A stretch of 32,000 nt of DNA from Ignicoccus hospitalis KIN4/I (GTDB taxonomy: Archaea; Thermoproteota; Thermoprotei_A; Sulfolobales; Ignicoccaceae). The notes beneath the pieces are model-generated. The model made no database searches. It was not told the DNA's origin and was given only the letters and a program-made list of their open reading frames with translations. The stretch spans positions 60,001 to 92,000 of the forward strand of contig NC_009776.1 in NCBI RefSeq assembly GCF_000017945.1. Reading direction: 5' to 3'. Of this stretch, positions 1-8,724 are shown piece after piece (within the stretch, counting starts at the first letter, position 1; each line of letters begins with the position of its first letter). The translations under genes were made by a program, and so were the position numbers.

Positions 1-1010
1 ACGTCCCTCTTTTGAGGGTCCTCCCAGTACTGGTATATTAGGTGGTGAGGGATCAACGGCCTTTCGTCCTTTTTCATGACGTTGAAGTAATCTGCGACGT
101 TCTCCAAGGTCTTCACCTTAACTTCGTACACCTCTTTAGCAAAGTCGTAGACGTCCACGTTAAGGCGCCCCGGAACGGAGACGTGGCCGTAGGCGCCGGT
201 AGTGGGGATTACGCCGACCTTCCGTCCCACGTCTAGGCGTACGCCGACGACCTTGCTCCTCTCTATCAAGTACGGCCAGTCGAAGCTGTTGCTGTTGTAC
301 CCAACGACGACGTCTGGGTCTCGTTCGAGCATCTCCTTTTTGAACCAAACGATCAAGTCCTTATCGTTCTTATCTTGGGAGAGCTTAGAGACTACGGAGC
401 CTTCGGAGGCCAATGCAATAGAAATTATTGGGTCCCTCTCCGGTCGGGGGGTTCCCGACTTGTTATATACCTCTATGTCGAAGGCTAAGGTCTTCAACTT
501 CGGTTTGACATCTATGTTCAGTGCCTCGGGTCCGTTCAAGACCTCGTAGACCGTTTCTACTCGGTAGCTCTTCTCGGGGCCAAGCTCTTTTACCTCGAAC
601 TCCGCCCAGCCACAAGGCCTTAAGCCGGTATCTATTATGTACCTCATCGAAAACCTTATGTCTGCCTCCAGTACGTCTGCGACTTCCTCCAACCTCTTGA
701 CCTCTTCTCTGTACTCTCTAACGCTCTCGGGGATTACGGTAGTCACTTTAATTACAGTCTTTTCCCTACCAATGAGCTTTTTCTTAAGTACCTCGAGGGA
801 AATTATGGGAGACTTGGGCTTACTCAAGAGGGATAATTTCCTCTTAAGCCTTTCCAAGTCTGCGTTCTCTTTTAGGAGCACATAAAAGTAGGGTCTAAAC
901 CTCTTGTCTTTGAGTAGGACTCTCCTTTCGTTCTCGTCGAGCGCCCAAATTAGTATTACTGGTTTGTTGCCTTCCAGTTCGTAGCTCACGTCGAGTACGT
1001 AGAACTTCAA
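1..1010 (-). CDS. polB: Archaeal family B DNA polymerase, N-terminal/exonuclease part (truncated by window edge)
   Basis: Reverse-strand translation LKFYVLDVSYELEGNKPVILIWALDENGERRVLLKDKRFRPYFYV... with ExoI-like LAFDIEVYNKSGTPRPERDPIIISIA; TTG start at 1010 preceded by GGAAGG; open to the left edge. Confidence 0.88.
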   Translation of the reverse strand, partial: MKFYVLDVSYELEGNKPVILIWALDENERRVLLKDKRFRPYFYVLLKENADLERLKRKLSLLSKPKSPIISLEVLKKKLIGREKTVIKVTTVIPESVREYREEVKRLEEVADVLEADIRFSMRYIIDTGLRPCGWAEFEVKELGPEKSYRVETVYEVLNGPEALNIDVKPKLKTLAFDIEVYNKSGTPRPERDPIISIALASEGSVVSKLSQDKNDKDLIVWFKKEMLERDPDVVVGYNSNSFDWPYLIERSKVVGVRLDVGRKVGVIPTTGAYGHVSVPGRLNVDVYDFAKEVYEVKVKTLENVADYFNVMKKDERPLIPHHLIYQYWEDPQKRD

Positions 1011-1049
1011 AGTCCTTCCTACCGTTCGCCTTCAACGCCTTCGAGAAAT

Positions 1050-1421
1050 TTAGGTGGTGCTGGAGTTGGCGGCGGGCGGGAAGGGCGGCCACGAGGATAT
1101 CGGCACGCTCACTTGGCTCGGCGTGCTTACTGTTATGCTGAGGGGCAGCTGGGGCAAGCTGACGCTGGGGGGCGAGGGGAGGCTGGTTGGAACAAAGCCG
1201 TTGCTTATGGTAGCGTTCAAGTAAGTCCTCAGCATCTTTAGGTATTCTATATAAAGTTGTAAGTACAAACTCGTGACTTTGTCGTACTCGCTTATTATTG
1301 CATGTGTTGCCTCCCTGTAGGCGGAGATCATTGATTGGTAGATGAGGAAGTACGCTGCCACGTTAAGTACTATTACGGCCAGCACTATGCCGACGTATAA
1401 TAAGGTCAGATCTATACTCAA
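1050..1421 (-). CDS. Small protein with one N-terminal transmembrane helix and Pro/Ser-rich tail, unknown function
   Basis: 123-aa ORF; hydrophobic LLYVGIVLAVIVLNVAAYFLIY then helical segment, then PSPPSVSLPQLPLS tail. Confidence 0.55.
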   Translation of the reverse strand: MSIDLTLLYVGIVLAVIVLNVAAYFLIYQSMISAYREATHAIISEYDKVTSLYLQLYIEYLKMLRTYLNATISNGFVPTSLPSPPSVSLPQLPLSITVSTPSQVSVPISSWPPFPPAANSSTT

Positions 1422-1481
1422 AGCGTACTACCCGCGTGCCCGTGAAAACTCTATCTCAAAGAAGTTTTCCCGGGTCTCAGG

Positions 1482-2123
1482 TTGGCGATTCACGCGCGCG
1501 CGATCCGTCTAGGCATTCCGGTGTTCGACGACAGGGTCGGCAACGTCAGCCTAGGCAGCCTCGAGGTTCTCGTGGGAGATAAGGACTCTTACGTGCATTT
1601 GTTTAACTACCTAATAGCCAAGGCGTGGGTTGACAGAGGGGAGAGGGTCGCGTTCGTTATTGACAAGGGCTTCGTGAACGTCCACAGGGTGGTGGCGGAG
1701 AGCTTCGGGATAGACGCGATGGGTCTCGAGGAGTCGAACATGTGGAAGTACGAGGAAGTGGACAACAGCGACGATGCGATGACAAAGGCAATAGAACTCT
1801 TCGCCAACTTCGCGCTCGTGTTGGTGGACGCCACCTCTTGGTTCGACCCGGACCTAACTCTGCTCCACAGGACGATCTCAACCCTCATCAATAGCAACTC
1901 GATAATGGTAATAACTTTGATAGATGAGAGGGTGAAGCCCGAGGCCTTGGGCATCCTCGAGGCTAACGCAGAGTACGTAGTGAGGTTCGAGACTTACTGG
2001 GCGAACTTAAGGGTCGAAAGGATAATGAAGTTGTGTAGGAGCCGTCACCCGACCAACCCCTTCGCCGCGTATTACAGCGTTACCAGCGACGGGATTGAGA
2101 TAGAAGAACTGAAGCGGCTTTGA
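1482..2123 (+). CDS. KaiC/RadA/ArlH-like RecA-superfamily protein with degenerate nucleotide-binding motifs
   Basis: 213-aa ORF; layout GSLEVLVGD..., ...[13 protein letters not shown]-terminal [10 protein letters not shown]...[17 protein letters not shown] resembles KaiC/ArlH domains; P-loop replaced by GDKDSYVH. Confidence 0.6.
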   Translation: MAIHARAIRLGIPVFDDRVGNVSLGSLEVLVGDKDSYVHLFNYLIAKAWVDRGERVAFVIDKGFVNVHRVVAESFGIDAMGLEESNMWKYEEVDNSDDAMTKAIELFANFALVLVDATSWFDPDLTLLHRTISTLINSNSIMVITLIDERVKPEALGILEANAEYVVRFETYWANLRVERIMKLCRSRHPTNPFAAYYSVTSDGIEIEELKRL

Positions 2124-2157
2124 AAAACCCCGCGGAGTAGCCCCGAGGGGTTCCGGA

Positions 2158-2478
2158 ATGCCGCCCAAGAACATGGCGAGGATAAAGATGTGGAGTACGG
2201 ACGTGAAGTCAATAGAGGAAGTGGCAAAACAGATAAGGGAGATAGCGGAGCGCTCGGGCGTAGAGGTAAGGGGCCCCGTGCCCTTGCCCGTCAAGCGCCT
2301 CGAGATATCCACCCTCCGCCTCCCTCACGGCGAAGGTACTAAGGTGTTTGACCACTGGGAAATGAGGATACATAAGAGATTGATCGACGTAGAACTCAAC
2401 GACAAAGTGATGAGGAACATAATGAGGATACGGGTGCCGAGCAACGTTTACATCGAGATCCAGATAAAGAAGGTATAA
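2158..2478 (+). CDS. rps10: 30S ribosomal protein S10 (uS10)
   Basis: 106 aa: [19 protein letters not shown]..., [40 protein letters not shown] is diagnostic of archaeal S10. Confidence 0.96.
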   Translation: MPPKNMARIKMWSTDVKSIEEVAKQIREIAERSGVEVRGPVPLPVKRLEISTLRLPHGEGTKVFDHWEMRIHKRLIDVELNDKVMRNIMRIRVPSNVYIEIQIKKV

Positions 2479-2544
2479 AGGGCGATGACGGCGCCGACAT
2501 CGGAGGATCGGTGACTGAGAGCTCTCGCACGAGCCCTTTAGGAG

Positions 2545-2602
2545 GAATGATGTGAAACCCCGGTACCGAAGGACGGTGTGGACCAACCCCGCATCTCTGA
2601 CC
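2545..2602 (+). ncRNA. Weak C/D box sRNA candidate
   Basis: ATGATGT (2547-2553), 12 nt, CCGA, then GTGTGGA-like C' and CTGA (2597-2600); D' and C' imperfect, no target assigned. Confidence 0.2.
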
Positions 2603-2728
2603 CGCCGCTTTCCGGGACCGACGAGCGAACGCCTCAACCCTCTAACTTTTCTACGAAACGTGGGGCTGTAAAGGGCCGATGATCAATACTCCCCAGGTCG
2701 AGGGGTGAGAGCAATTCCTTTATGTGAG

Positions 2729-2790
2729 GCCTCAGGGCTACAATGGATCATCATTTAGATCCCGTCAGTCCGCCCATCGGTCACCATCGG
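2729..2790 (-). ncRNA. C/D box sRNA with two 12-nt guides predicted to target 16S rRNA
   Basis: Reverse strand: ccgATGGTGA-ccgatgggcgga-CTGA-cgggatctaa-ATGATGA-tccattgtagcc-CTGAgg. C 2787-2781, D' 2768-2765, C' 2754-2748, D 2735-2732; both guide spacings exactly 12 nt. Confidence 0.85.
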
Positions 2791-2805
2791 TTGAATTTTA
2801 AGGTC

Positions 2806-2894
2806 TGGCGCCGGGGGCGGGATTCGAACCCGCGCCCCCCATCAGGGGGAGTGGCTCTCCAGGCCACCCCCTTGGGCCGCTCGGGCACCCCGGC
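2806..2894 (-). tRNA. tRNA-Ser (anticodon GGA), encoded CCA
   Basis: Reverse strand GCCGGGG...GTGGC-CTGGAGA-GCCAC...long variable arm TCCCCCTGATGGGGGG...GCGGGTTCGAATCCCGC-CCCCGGC-G-CCA; acceptor, anticodon and T stems pair. Confidence 0.97.
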
Positions 2895-2923
2895 GAGCTA
2901 GGGTCCGCAAGGCTCCTTAAAAA

Positions 2924-3997
2924 TTAAACCGGCACGGGCGGCCTCATCTTGGCCTCTCGTGCCCACCTAATCATTATCCTCTCCAAGATCTCCTTTACTA
3001 TCGGTGCTAACCTCCCCGGCACTACCACTCTCTTCATTACGCTGATGCCGTCGTTGGGTCCGAAAGTTATGAAGCAGAAGGGGTTGTCCTTGGTTAAGAA
3101 GGGCTTGTAGGGACTCGTCTTCTTACCGGCAATGTGAAGGATCGCGTACCAACCGTGACGGAGCGCCTCCTCAGCCATCTTTAAGGATGGCCCGCTCGAG
3201 GAGTCGCCGGTCACGTAGATCCTCTTACACCCCTTCGCCCTGAGGTGCTCGTCCACTAAGTAGAACCCCCTCTTATCTTTCTCTCCGCAAGGTATCTCGA
3301 CCTCGGGGCCCTTAACCCCGGCGGCCCACACCACCAAGTCGGCATCGTACTCCTTGCCGTCTTTCGTTATCACCTTCCCATTCTTTATCTTAGATACCAT
3401 GGCGTTTAGGTGATATTCGACCTTGTGTTTCTTCAGGAGTTTGGGGACCACAGCCCTCACCTTCTCGCACGGTAAAGTGGGCGAGATGACGGGGGCTGCC
3501 TCTAACATGATTACCTTATACTTGGTGAAGCCCGCCTCTCTGGTCCACACTAGCTCTCCCGCGGCCTCCAGCCCGACCAGCCCGGTGCCCACGACAGCTA
3601 TGGTGGCTTCACCCCCCAGCCTCTCCAGCTCCTTCTTCAACTTGCGGGCGTGTTCAACCCTATACAAGGGGAAGGCCCCCTCCACGGGCACCCAAGCGGA
3701 GGCGCCGGTAGCAACCACGGCGTAGTCTGCCGTTATGGTTTTGTCGTCTTTCAAGACTATTTCAACGCCACTGTTGGTTTCCCTTACCGCCTTGACGAGG
3801 GCGTCTACGTGCTCCCACCGGAACTTGGGCACGACCTCCAGCTCTTCTGCGCTCTTTCTTCCGCTCAGAACCTTCGTTATGGAAGGCAAGTACTCAAATT
3901 TCTTAGGTCCTATCTGGACCACCTCTACGCCCAGCTTTTCGGCGGCGTGCGCCGCGCTCAGCGCGGCGAAGCCGTTTCCCACGATCGCTACCTTCAT
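2924..3997 (-). CDS. FAD-dependent pyridine nucleotide-disulfide oxidoreductase (NDH-2/sulfide:quinone reductase-like)
   Basis: 357 aa; N-terminal MKVAIVGNGFAALSAAHAA, YAVVATGAS, IAVVGTGLVGLEAAGEL, IYVTGDSS: two dinucleotide-binding motifs. Confidence 0.85.
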   Translation of the reverse strand: MKVAIVGNGFAALSAAHAAEKLGVEVVQIGPKKFEYLPSITKVLSGRKSAEELEVVPKFRWEHVDALVKAVRETNSGVEIVLKDDKTITADYAVVATGASAWVPVEGAFPLYRVEHARKLKKELERLGGEATIAVVGTGLVGLEAAGELVWTREAGFTKYKVIMLEAAPVISPTLPCEKVRAVVPKLLKKHKVEYHLNAMVSKIKNGKVITKDGKEYDADLVVWAAGVKGPEVEIPCGEKDKRGFYLVDEHLRAKGCKRIYVTGDSSSGPSLKMAEEALRHGWYAILHIAGKKTSPYKPFLTKDNPFCFITFGPNDGISVMKRVVVPGRLAPIVKEILERIMIRWAREAKMRPPVPV

Positions 3998-4060
3998 CGT
4001 CTTTGTTCCGCGACGACTCCTATTGGGGAGCCGGAATAAAGTTCATCTCTTTTAAAGGGT

Positions 4061-5041
4061 TCAAAGCTTTCTCAGCTTGCAGACGAAGAAGCCTTCGGAG
4101 CCGTGTACGTGCGGCCACAGCCGTCTGCACTTGTAGGCGAAGGGGAACTCCCACCCCAAGTATTCCTCTATCCCGGGCGAGCCGGCCTCTCCCCCATCCA
4201 ATACTTCGACATCGTCCCTCGTTTTGAGGATAGTTTCGATAACCAGTTCGTTTTCCTCCGGGGCTATGGAGCAAGTGGAGTAGACCAGCTCCCCTCCCGG
4301 TTTTAATGAGTCCAAAGCCCTATTGAGGAGCATCGCTTGTACCTTGTGCATGAGCGCCAAGTCCTCGGGCCTCCGGGACCTCTTCCTAGAGGGGTCGCGC
4401 GCTATCACGCCCTCTCCGGTGCACGGCGCGTCTAGTAAGGCCTTGTCGAAGGGGCCGTACTTGGACGCGTTGTAGGCGTCGTCTATTATCACATTTGCGT
4501 TGAGTATCTCCATCCTTTCTAAGTTGCTCATCAGCGCCTTAGCTCGGTCCCTCCTCCTCTCTATTAGTATCAGTCTCCCGCTGTTTCCCATGAGCTGGGC
4601 CAAGTGCGTGGCCTTCCCTCCGGGGGCCGAGGCTAGGTCCGCGACGGTCTCGCCGGGTTTTGGGCCTAAGACCAAAGGAGGTAAGGTCGAGGCCTTGTCT
4701 TGGATGTAGAACCAGCCGTCCAAGTGCTCGGGCGTCGAGGACAAGGAGAAAGGTTCTCTTAGAACCTCGTACGCGTGGGGGCACCAGAGGACTTGCTTCA
4801 AGACGAACCCTCTGCTTTCCAACCTCTCCTTCAGTTTCCCACAGCCGACTTTCAAGAAGTTGCACCTTATGGTCGGCTTCGGGGGAACCTCGAAGGCCTC
4901 GAGCAAGGGGAGGGGGTCGCCGAGCATCTCTCTGTACCTTCTGACCATGTAGGGGAGGTAACCGTACTTCCTCGCTAAGAGCTTGTCCTCTTTTGTTATT
5001 TTCAGATCCTTCAGTTTCTTCAATATCTCTTGGTGTTTCAA
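4061..5041 (-). CDS. NOL1/NOP2/Sun family RNA (cytosine-5) methyltransferase
   Basis: 326 aa; VADLASAPGGKATHLAQLM, FDKALLDAPCTGEGVIARDP, GGELVYSTCSIAPEENELVIETIL. Confidence 0.92.
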   Translation of the reverse strand: MKHQEILKKLKDLKITKEDKLLARKYGYLPYMVRRYREMLGDPLPLLEAFEVPPKPTIRCNFLKVGCGKLKERLESRGFVLKQVLWCPHAYEVLREPFSLSSTPEHLDGWFYIQDKASTLPPLVLGPKPGETVADLASAPGGKATHLAQLMGNSGRLILIERRRDRAKALMSNLERMEILNANVIIDDAYNASKYGPFDKALLDAPCTGEGVIARDPSRKRSRRPEDLALMHKVQAMLLNRALDSLKPGGELVYSTCSIAPEENELVIETILKTRDDVEVLDGGEAGSPGIEEYLGWEFPFAYKCRRLWPHVHGSEGFFVCKLRKL

Positions 5042-5080
5042 AATAAGCGGCCCGTCGGCCGCTCTCCTAGGAGCGCGCTA

Positions 5081-5857
5081 ATGTGGGTTGTCGTCGGGAA
5101 CACCATGGCGGCGCGCTGCGTCGGCGGGACAGTAATAGACCCGGTGCAGAGCGAGCCCTACCCCCTCCGAAAGGCTAGGGTGGGCGGGAAGGAGGTCCCA
5201 ATGATACCCATGTTGGTCCCCCAGTGCCCCGATCCGTTGGTGTGCGTCGAAGTTAAGGGAGACCCGGTAGTATTGAAGGACGGCTCCCACGGCAAGGCTT
5301 GTGGGGACCTTCGGTGTCAAGCTCCTTGGCCTCTGCGCTGGAAGGATATGGAAAAAAGGTACTTGGTGTTGGGAATAAAGTCGAGAGGAGCCGAGGTAAA
5401 CATAGTTCCCGGGCGGGTCAAGTGGCTGAAGGAGGGGAAGCTAAAGGTTGGGTGGAAGGTGATAGAATTTGAAAGGTTGATCTGGACTGCGCCGTACCCC
5501 TACTTAGCCTCCTTGCTAGGGCTGCCCTCGCCCAAGTGGAAGGAGGCCACCGTGGCTCTCTTCTCGTCGGAGGCTGAGTGGAGCCTCGCCTACCACCTGG
5601 CGGACTCCAACCCTTTCTATTCAATACTGAGGGTTGGGGAGGTCACGTGGGCCTTGGGGCCGGGTACGTTTGACGCCCTCAGCGCGGTTAAGCACTTAGA
5701 GAGGAAGGGTTACTTAAAGTTAAAGGGGAACATAGTCAGTTACGTAATAGATTACTACGCGCTCGAAGAGTACGAGCCGAGCCCTCCGAAGTGGGTGGAG
5801 CTGCTCGGTAGGACTGCCGAGTGGAAGGAAAAGTCACTGATCGAGACCATTTGTTAG
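5081..5857 (+). CDS. Hypothetical protein, Cys-containing N-terminal half
   Basis: ORF track opens at 5030 (TTG) but ATG 5081 follows a GGAG motif; protein MWVVVGNTMAARCVGG...QCPDPLVC...GKACGDLRCQ...; no family recognised. Confidence 0.7.
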   Translation: MWVVVGNTMAARCVGGTVIDPVQSEPYPLRKARVGGKEVPMIPMLVPQCPDPLVCVEVKGDPVVLKDGSHGKACGDLRCQAPWPLRWKDMEKRYLVLGIKSRGAEVNIVPGRVKWLKEGKLKVGWKVIEFERLIWTAPYPYLASLLGLPSPKWKEATVALFSSEAEWSLAYHLADSNPFYSILRVGEVTWALGPGTFDALSAVKHLERKGYLKLKGNIVSYVIDYYALEEYEPSPPKWVELLGRTAEWKEKSLIETIC

Positions 5858-6576
5858 AGGAGAAGTTTGATACCTATGAGGATCATGAAAATACCAAAGG
5901 CCCGTTTCAACGTTTTGCTCTTCATAGTTTTCATCAAACGAGCGCCTATCTTTGTACCTATTATGAGACCCGGAATCCACACGGCAGCTACGTCGAGCTT
6001 GGCGTACCCGGCAAGTACCTTCGGTATTGCGCTGGCCACGGTGATCAGCGGTAACGCTGTGACGCTCATGCCTATTGCGTACTTTATGTCCACTCCGAGT
6101 AAGACCAATATCGGGTTTAACAACACGCCTCCGCTCATGCCTACTAGGGCTGCAAAAGTCCCTCCGAAGAAGCCTATAACGGCTAAGCTCTTTGCAGTAA
6201 ACGACTTAGTCTGGGATCTCTTCGTTATATCAAGCATCATCAGTATCCCTATCAGGATAAATGAGATGCCTAGTACAGTCTTCATTGCTCCGACTTTGCT
6301 TATGTAGAGGAAGAGCGCGTTGCCGAGCAACGTTCCTAAGACCCCGCCGACGCCTATCCAGACCCCCTCCTTCCGGAGGGTCCCCTGTCTCCAATGAAAG
6401 AACGCGGAGAGTAGGGTACTAACAATTATTATCACGGAGTTTGTAGCCACGGCCTCGGGAGGGCTGAGGCCCAGCAAGAGGACCATTACCGGAATCGCTA
6501 AGACCCCTCCTCCCACGCCGAAGAGCGAGGCGACTATTCCGGTTAGTACGCTAATCAAGAATGATATCACAATCAC
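5854..6576 (-). CDS. TauE/SafE family sulfite exporter-type membrane permease
   Basis: 240 aa polytopic; FGVGGGVLAIPVMVLLLGLSPPEAVATNS and FFGGTFAALVGMSGGVLLNPILVLLGVDIKYAIGMS duplicated motifs. Confidence 0.88.
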   Translation of the reverse strand: MIVISFLISVLTGIVASLFGVGGGVLAIPVMVLLLGLSPPEAVATNSVIIIVSTLLSAFFHWRQGTLRKEGVWIGVGGVLGTLLGNALFLYISKVGAMKTVLGISFILIGILMMLDITKRSQTKSFTAKSLAVIGFFGGTFAALVGMSGGVLLNPILVLLGVDIKYAIGMSVTALPLITVASAIPKVLAGYAKLDVAAVWIPGLIIGTKIGARLMKTMKSKTLKRAFGIFMILIGIKLLL

Positions 6577-6724
6577 TTCGGTTTACACCTATACGTGACG
6601 GATCGGTAGAGTAATTAAGCCTCAGTCCCGGGATAGGCAGTCATCGTTCCTTAAGGGGCGGGACGTCCTCATCGGCGGGAGCCGTTTTTAATTCCCGGAC
6701 AAGCCCGCTTTAGGGACTGAAAGA

Positions 6725-8026
6725 ATGACGAAAAAGTACTTGGTCCAGCACGCTCTGGGGGCGTTCCTGCTCGACCCCCAAGGGAACGTAGAGAGGTACG
6801 AGTTGAACACCAAGGACGTGGACGAAGCTGCGGAACAAGCGCTGGTGATGGAAGGTTGGGTCAGAGGGATGAGGGAAGGCGAGGAGAAGCGCGCCGGCTT
6901 GGCGGCCCCGGCGAGGAAGCTCCTAGAGAATTTAAAGAACGAGAACTTCGAGGGGGTCCTAGTATTCGAAACGGACTCCGAGTCCAGGGAGGCCGCTAAG
7001 CTGGGCTTCGAGGTAGCCGTAGAGCCCGCCAACGAGCCGGCCCGCGCGCTCCGATCCCAAGTGGCCAGCTTAGCGGTCAAGTACGGCTTTGTTGACAGCG
7101 AGAAGGAGTTTTACGAGTGGTTGAGGAGGGTCGACATAGAGGTCGTCAGGAGGAAGCTGAGGAGCGTCGCGCAGAAGAGGGACTTGCTGGCAGCCCAAGC
7201 GGTTAGGAGCATAGACGACATCGACAAGGTCGTGAACTTAATGGTGGCTAGGCTGAGGGAGTGGTACTCCCTACACTTCCCAGAGCTGGACAAGCTTGTC
7301 AAGGACCACGAAGCCTTCGTAAAAATAGTAGCCGAATTAGGCGGGAGAGACAACATTACCAAGGAGAAGCTGCTCGAGCTGGGCTTCAGCGAGGCCTTGG
7401 CTGAGAAGATAGCCGAAGCCGCTAAGAAGAGTACGGGCGCCGACCTAACCGAGACAGACATAGAGCAGTTGCAGAAGTTGGCGTCAATAATAATGAGCTT
7501 GTACAACTTGAGGAGGGACTTGGTCGACTACATAAGCTACATAATGAAAGAGGTGGCGCCCAACGTGACCGCCCTAGTGGGTCCGGTGCTGGGCGCGAGG
7601 CTCATATCGCTCGCCGGCTCCTTGGAGAACCTCGCGAAGATGCCAGCCTCCACGATACAAGTGCTGGGCGCGGAGAAGGCGTTATTCAGAGCTCTGAGGA
7701 CCGGGGGCAAGCCCCCCAAGCACGGCGTGATCTTCCAGTACCCGGACATACATAGGAGTCCGAAGTGGCAGAGGGGTAAGATAGCCAGGGCGCTCGCTGC
7801 CAAACTGGCGATAGCCGCTAGGACGGACTACTTCACGGGCAGGAACATAGGCGAAAGGCTGAGGGAAGAGCTGAGGGCGAGGATAGAAGAAATAAAGAGG
7901 GTCTATGCCAAGCCGCCCAAGAAGACCGAGGAAGAGAAGAAGGCCCCTCCGGCCAAGAGGGCCAAGAAGAGGCCCCCCAGGAAGGGGGGCAAGAAGGGCC
8001 CCAGGAAGGGCGGCAGGAGGAAGTAG
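6725..8026 (+). CDS. nop5: Nop5/Nop56/Nop58 C/D sRNP core protein
   Basis: 433 aa; Nop domain DIEQLQKLASIIMSLYNLRRDLVDYISYIMKEVAPNVTALVGPVLGARLISLAGSLENLAKMPASTIQVLGAEKALFRALRTGGKPPKHGVIFQYPDIHRSP; Lys/Arg-rich tail. Confidence 0.96.
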   Translation: MTKKYLVQHALGAFLLDPQGNVERYELNTKDVDEAAEQALVMEGWVRGMREGEEKRAGLAAPARKLLENLKNENFEGVLVFETDSESREAAKLGFEVAVEPANEPARALRSQVASLAVKYGFVDSEKEFYEWLRRVDIEVVRRKLRSVAQKRDLLAAQAVRSIDDIDKVVNLMVARLREWYSLHFPELDKLVKDHEAFVKIVAELGGRDNITKEKLLELGFSEALAEKIAEAAKKSTGADLTETDIEQLQKLASIIMSLYNLRRDLVDYISYIMKEVAPNVTALVGPVLGARLISLAGSLENLAKMPASTIQVLGAEKALFRALRTGGKPPKHGVIFQYPDIHRSPKWQRGKIARALAAKLAIAARTDYFTGRNIGERLREELRARIEEIKRVYAKPPKKTEEEKKAPPAKRAKKRPPRKGGKKGPRKGGRRK

Positions 8027-8031
8027 CCCCG

Positions 8032-8724
8032 TTGCCTCGGAGGCTGGAGGACTGGAGGGACGCCCGAGCGCCCTTGTTTTGCCACGTGTCTGAGGTGATC
8101 GACGAGTTCGGGGAGGTGGTTCACTGGAAAGGGCCCTTCGACGAGGAGAGTTTAGCCTTGTACAGCGTCTTTGGAATAGAGCCGTCTCGGGCCCGCGCGA
8201 ACTTAAACGTGGGCGAACCTGTCGCCGTAGTTAGGGTGCCCCCTCCGCACTCCAAGTTTAACGCCGTACGGAACTTGATGAAATTGGAACACGACCCCGC
8301 CTTGGTGGTCAAGAAGGGGGACAGAATCTTCGTCGAACCGGCCCTGAGGCACCCTAAGGGCTTCGCATCCTTGAGGGAGCCTTTGAAGGTCGCTAAGGAG
8401 ATGAGCCGCGAAGTCGGCCAGCCCGTAGTCCTCCTGAAGGAGGTTCCCGGCCATTGTTGTTGGTTCGTCGCCCCCCTCGCTTGGACGGCGCTCCCCCTCA
8501 ACGACGCCGGCGCCTTCCGAGGCGGCGTCCCGATAGGGGTTAGCGTCCCCCTCTTCCAGCCCCTCGAGGGCTGTTGGGAATACGAGGTAGAAATGGAAGA
8601 GGTAGAGGGGGAGGGTTTCCCTCCGGACGTTCTGAACCGAATTAAGGTCAACTTAAGCGATAAGATCAAGATGAAATTAGTACCGCTAAGAAAGGTAATG
8701 ATAAGGATGTTTGGTAAGCCTTAG
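8032..8724 (+). CDS. Hypothetical protein
   Basis: 230-aa ORF from TTG directly downstream of nop5; no SAM-binding motif, so not fibrillarin; family not recognised. Confidence 0.7.
   Translation: MPRRLEDWRDARAPLFCHVSEVIDEFGEVVHWKGPFDEESLALYSVFGIEPSRARANLNVGEPVAVVRVPPPHSKFNAVRNLMKLEHDPALVVKKGDRIFVEPALRHPKGFASLREPLKVAKEMSREVGQPVVLLKEVPGHCCWFVAPLAWTALPLNDAGAFRGGVPIGVSVPLFQPLEGCWEYEVEMEEVEGEGFPPDVLNRIKVNLSDKIKMKLVPLRKVMIRMFGKP

Noticed and set aside
6600-6690. C/D-like boxes on minus strand (CCGATGA, ACGATGA, CTGA)
   Set aside because: Spacer of 15 nt before the D box, no D' box and non-canonical C boxes; insufficient support.
8032-8724. Expected fibrillarin after nop5
   Set aside because: Translation lacks any SAM-binding or fibrillarin motif, so left as hypothetical.
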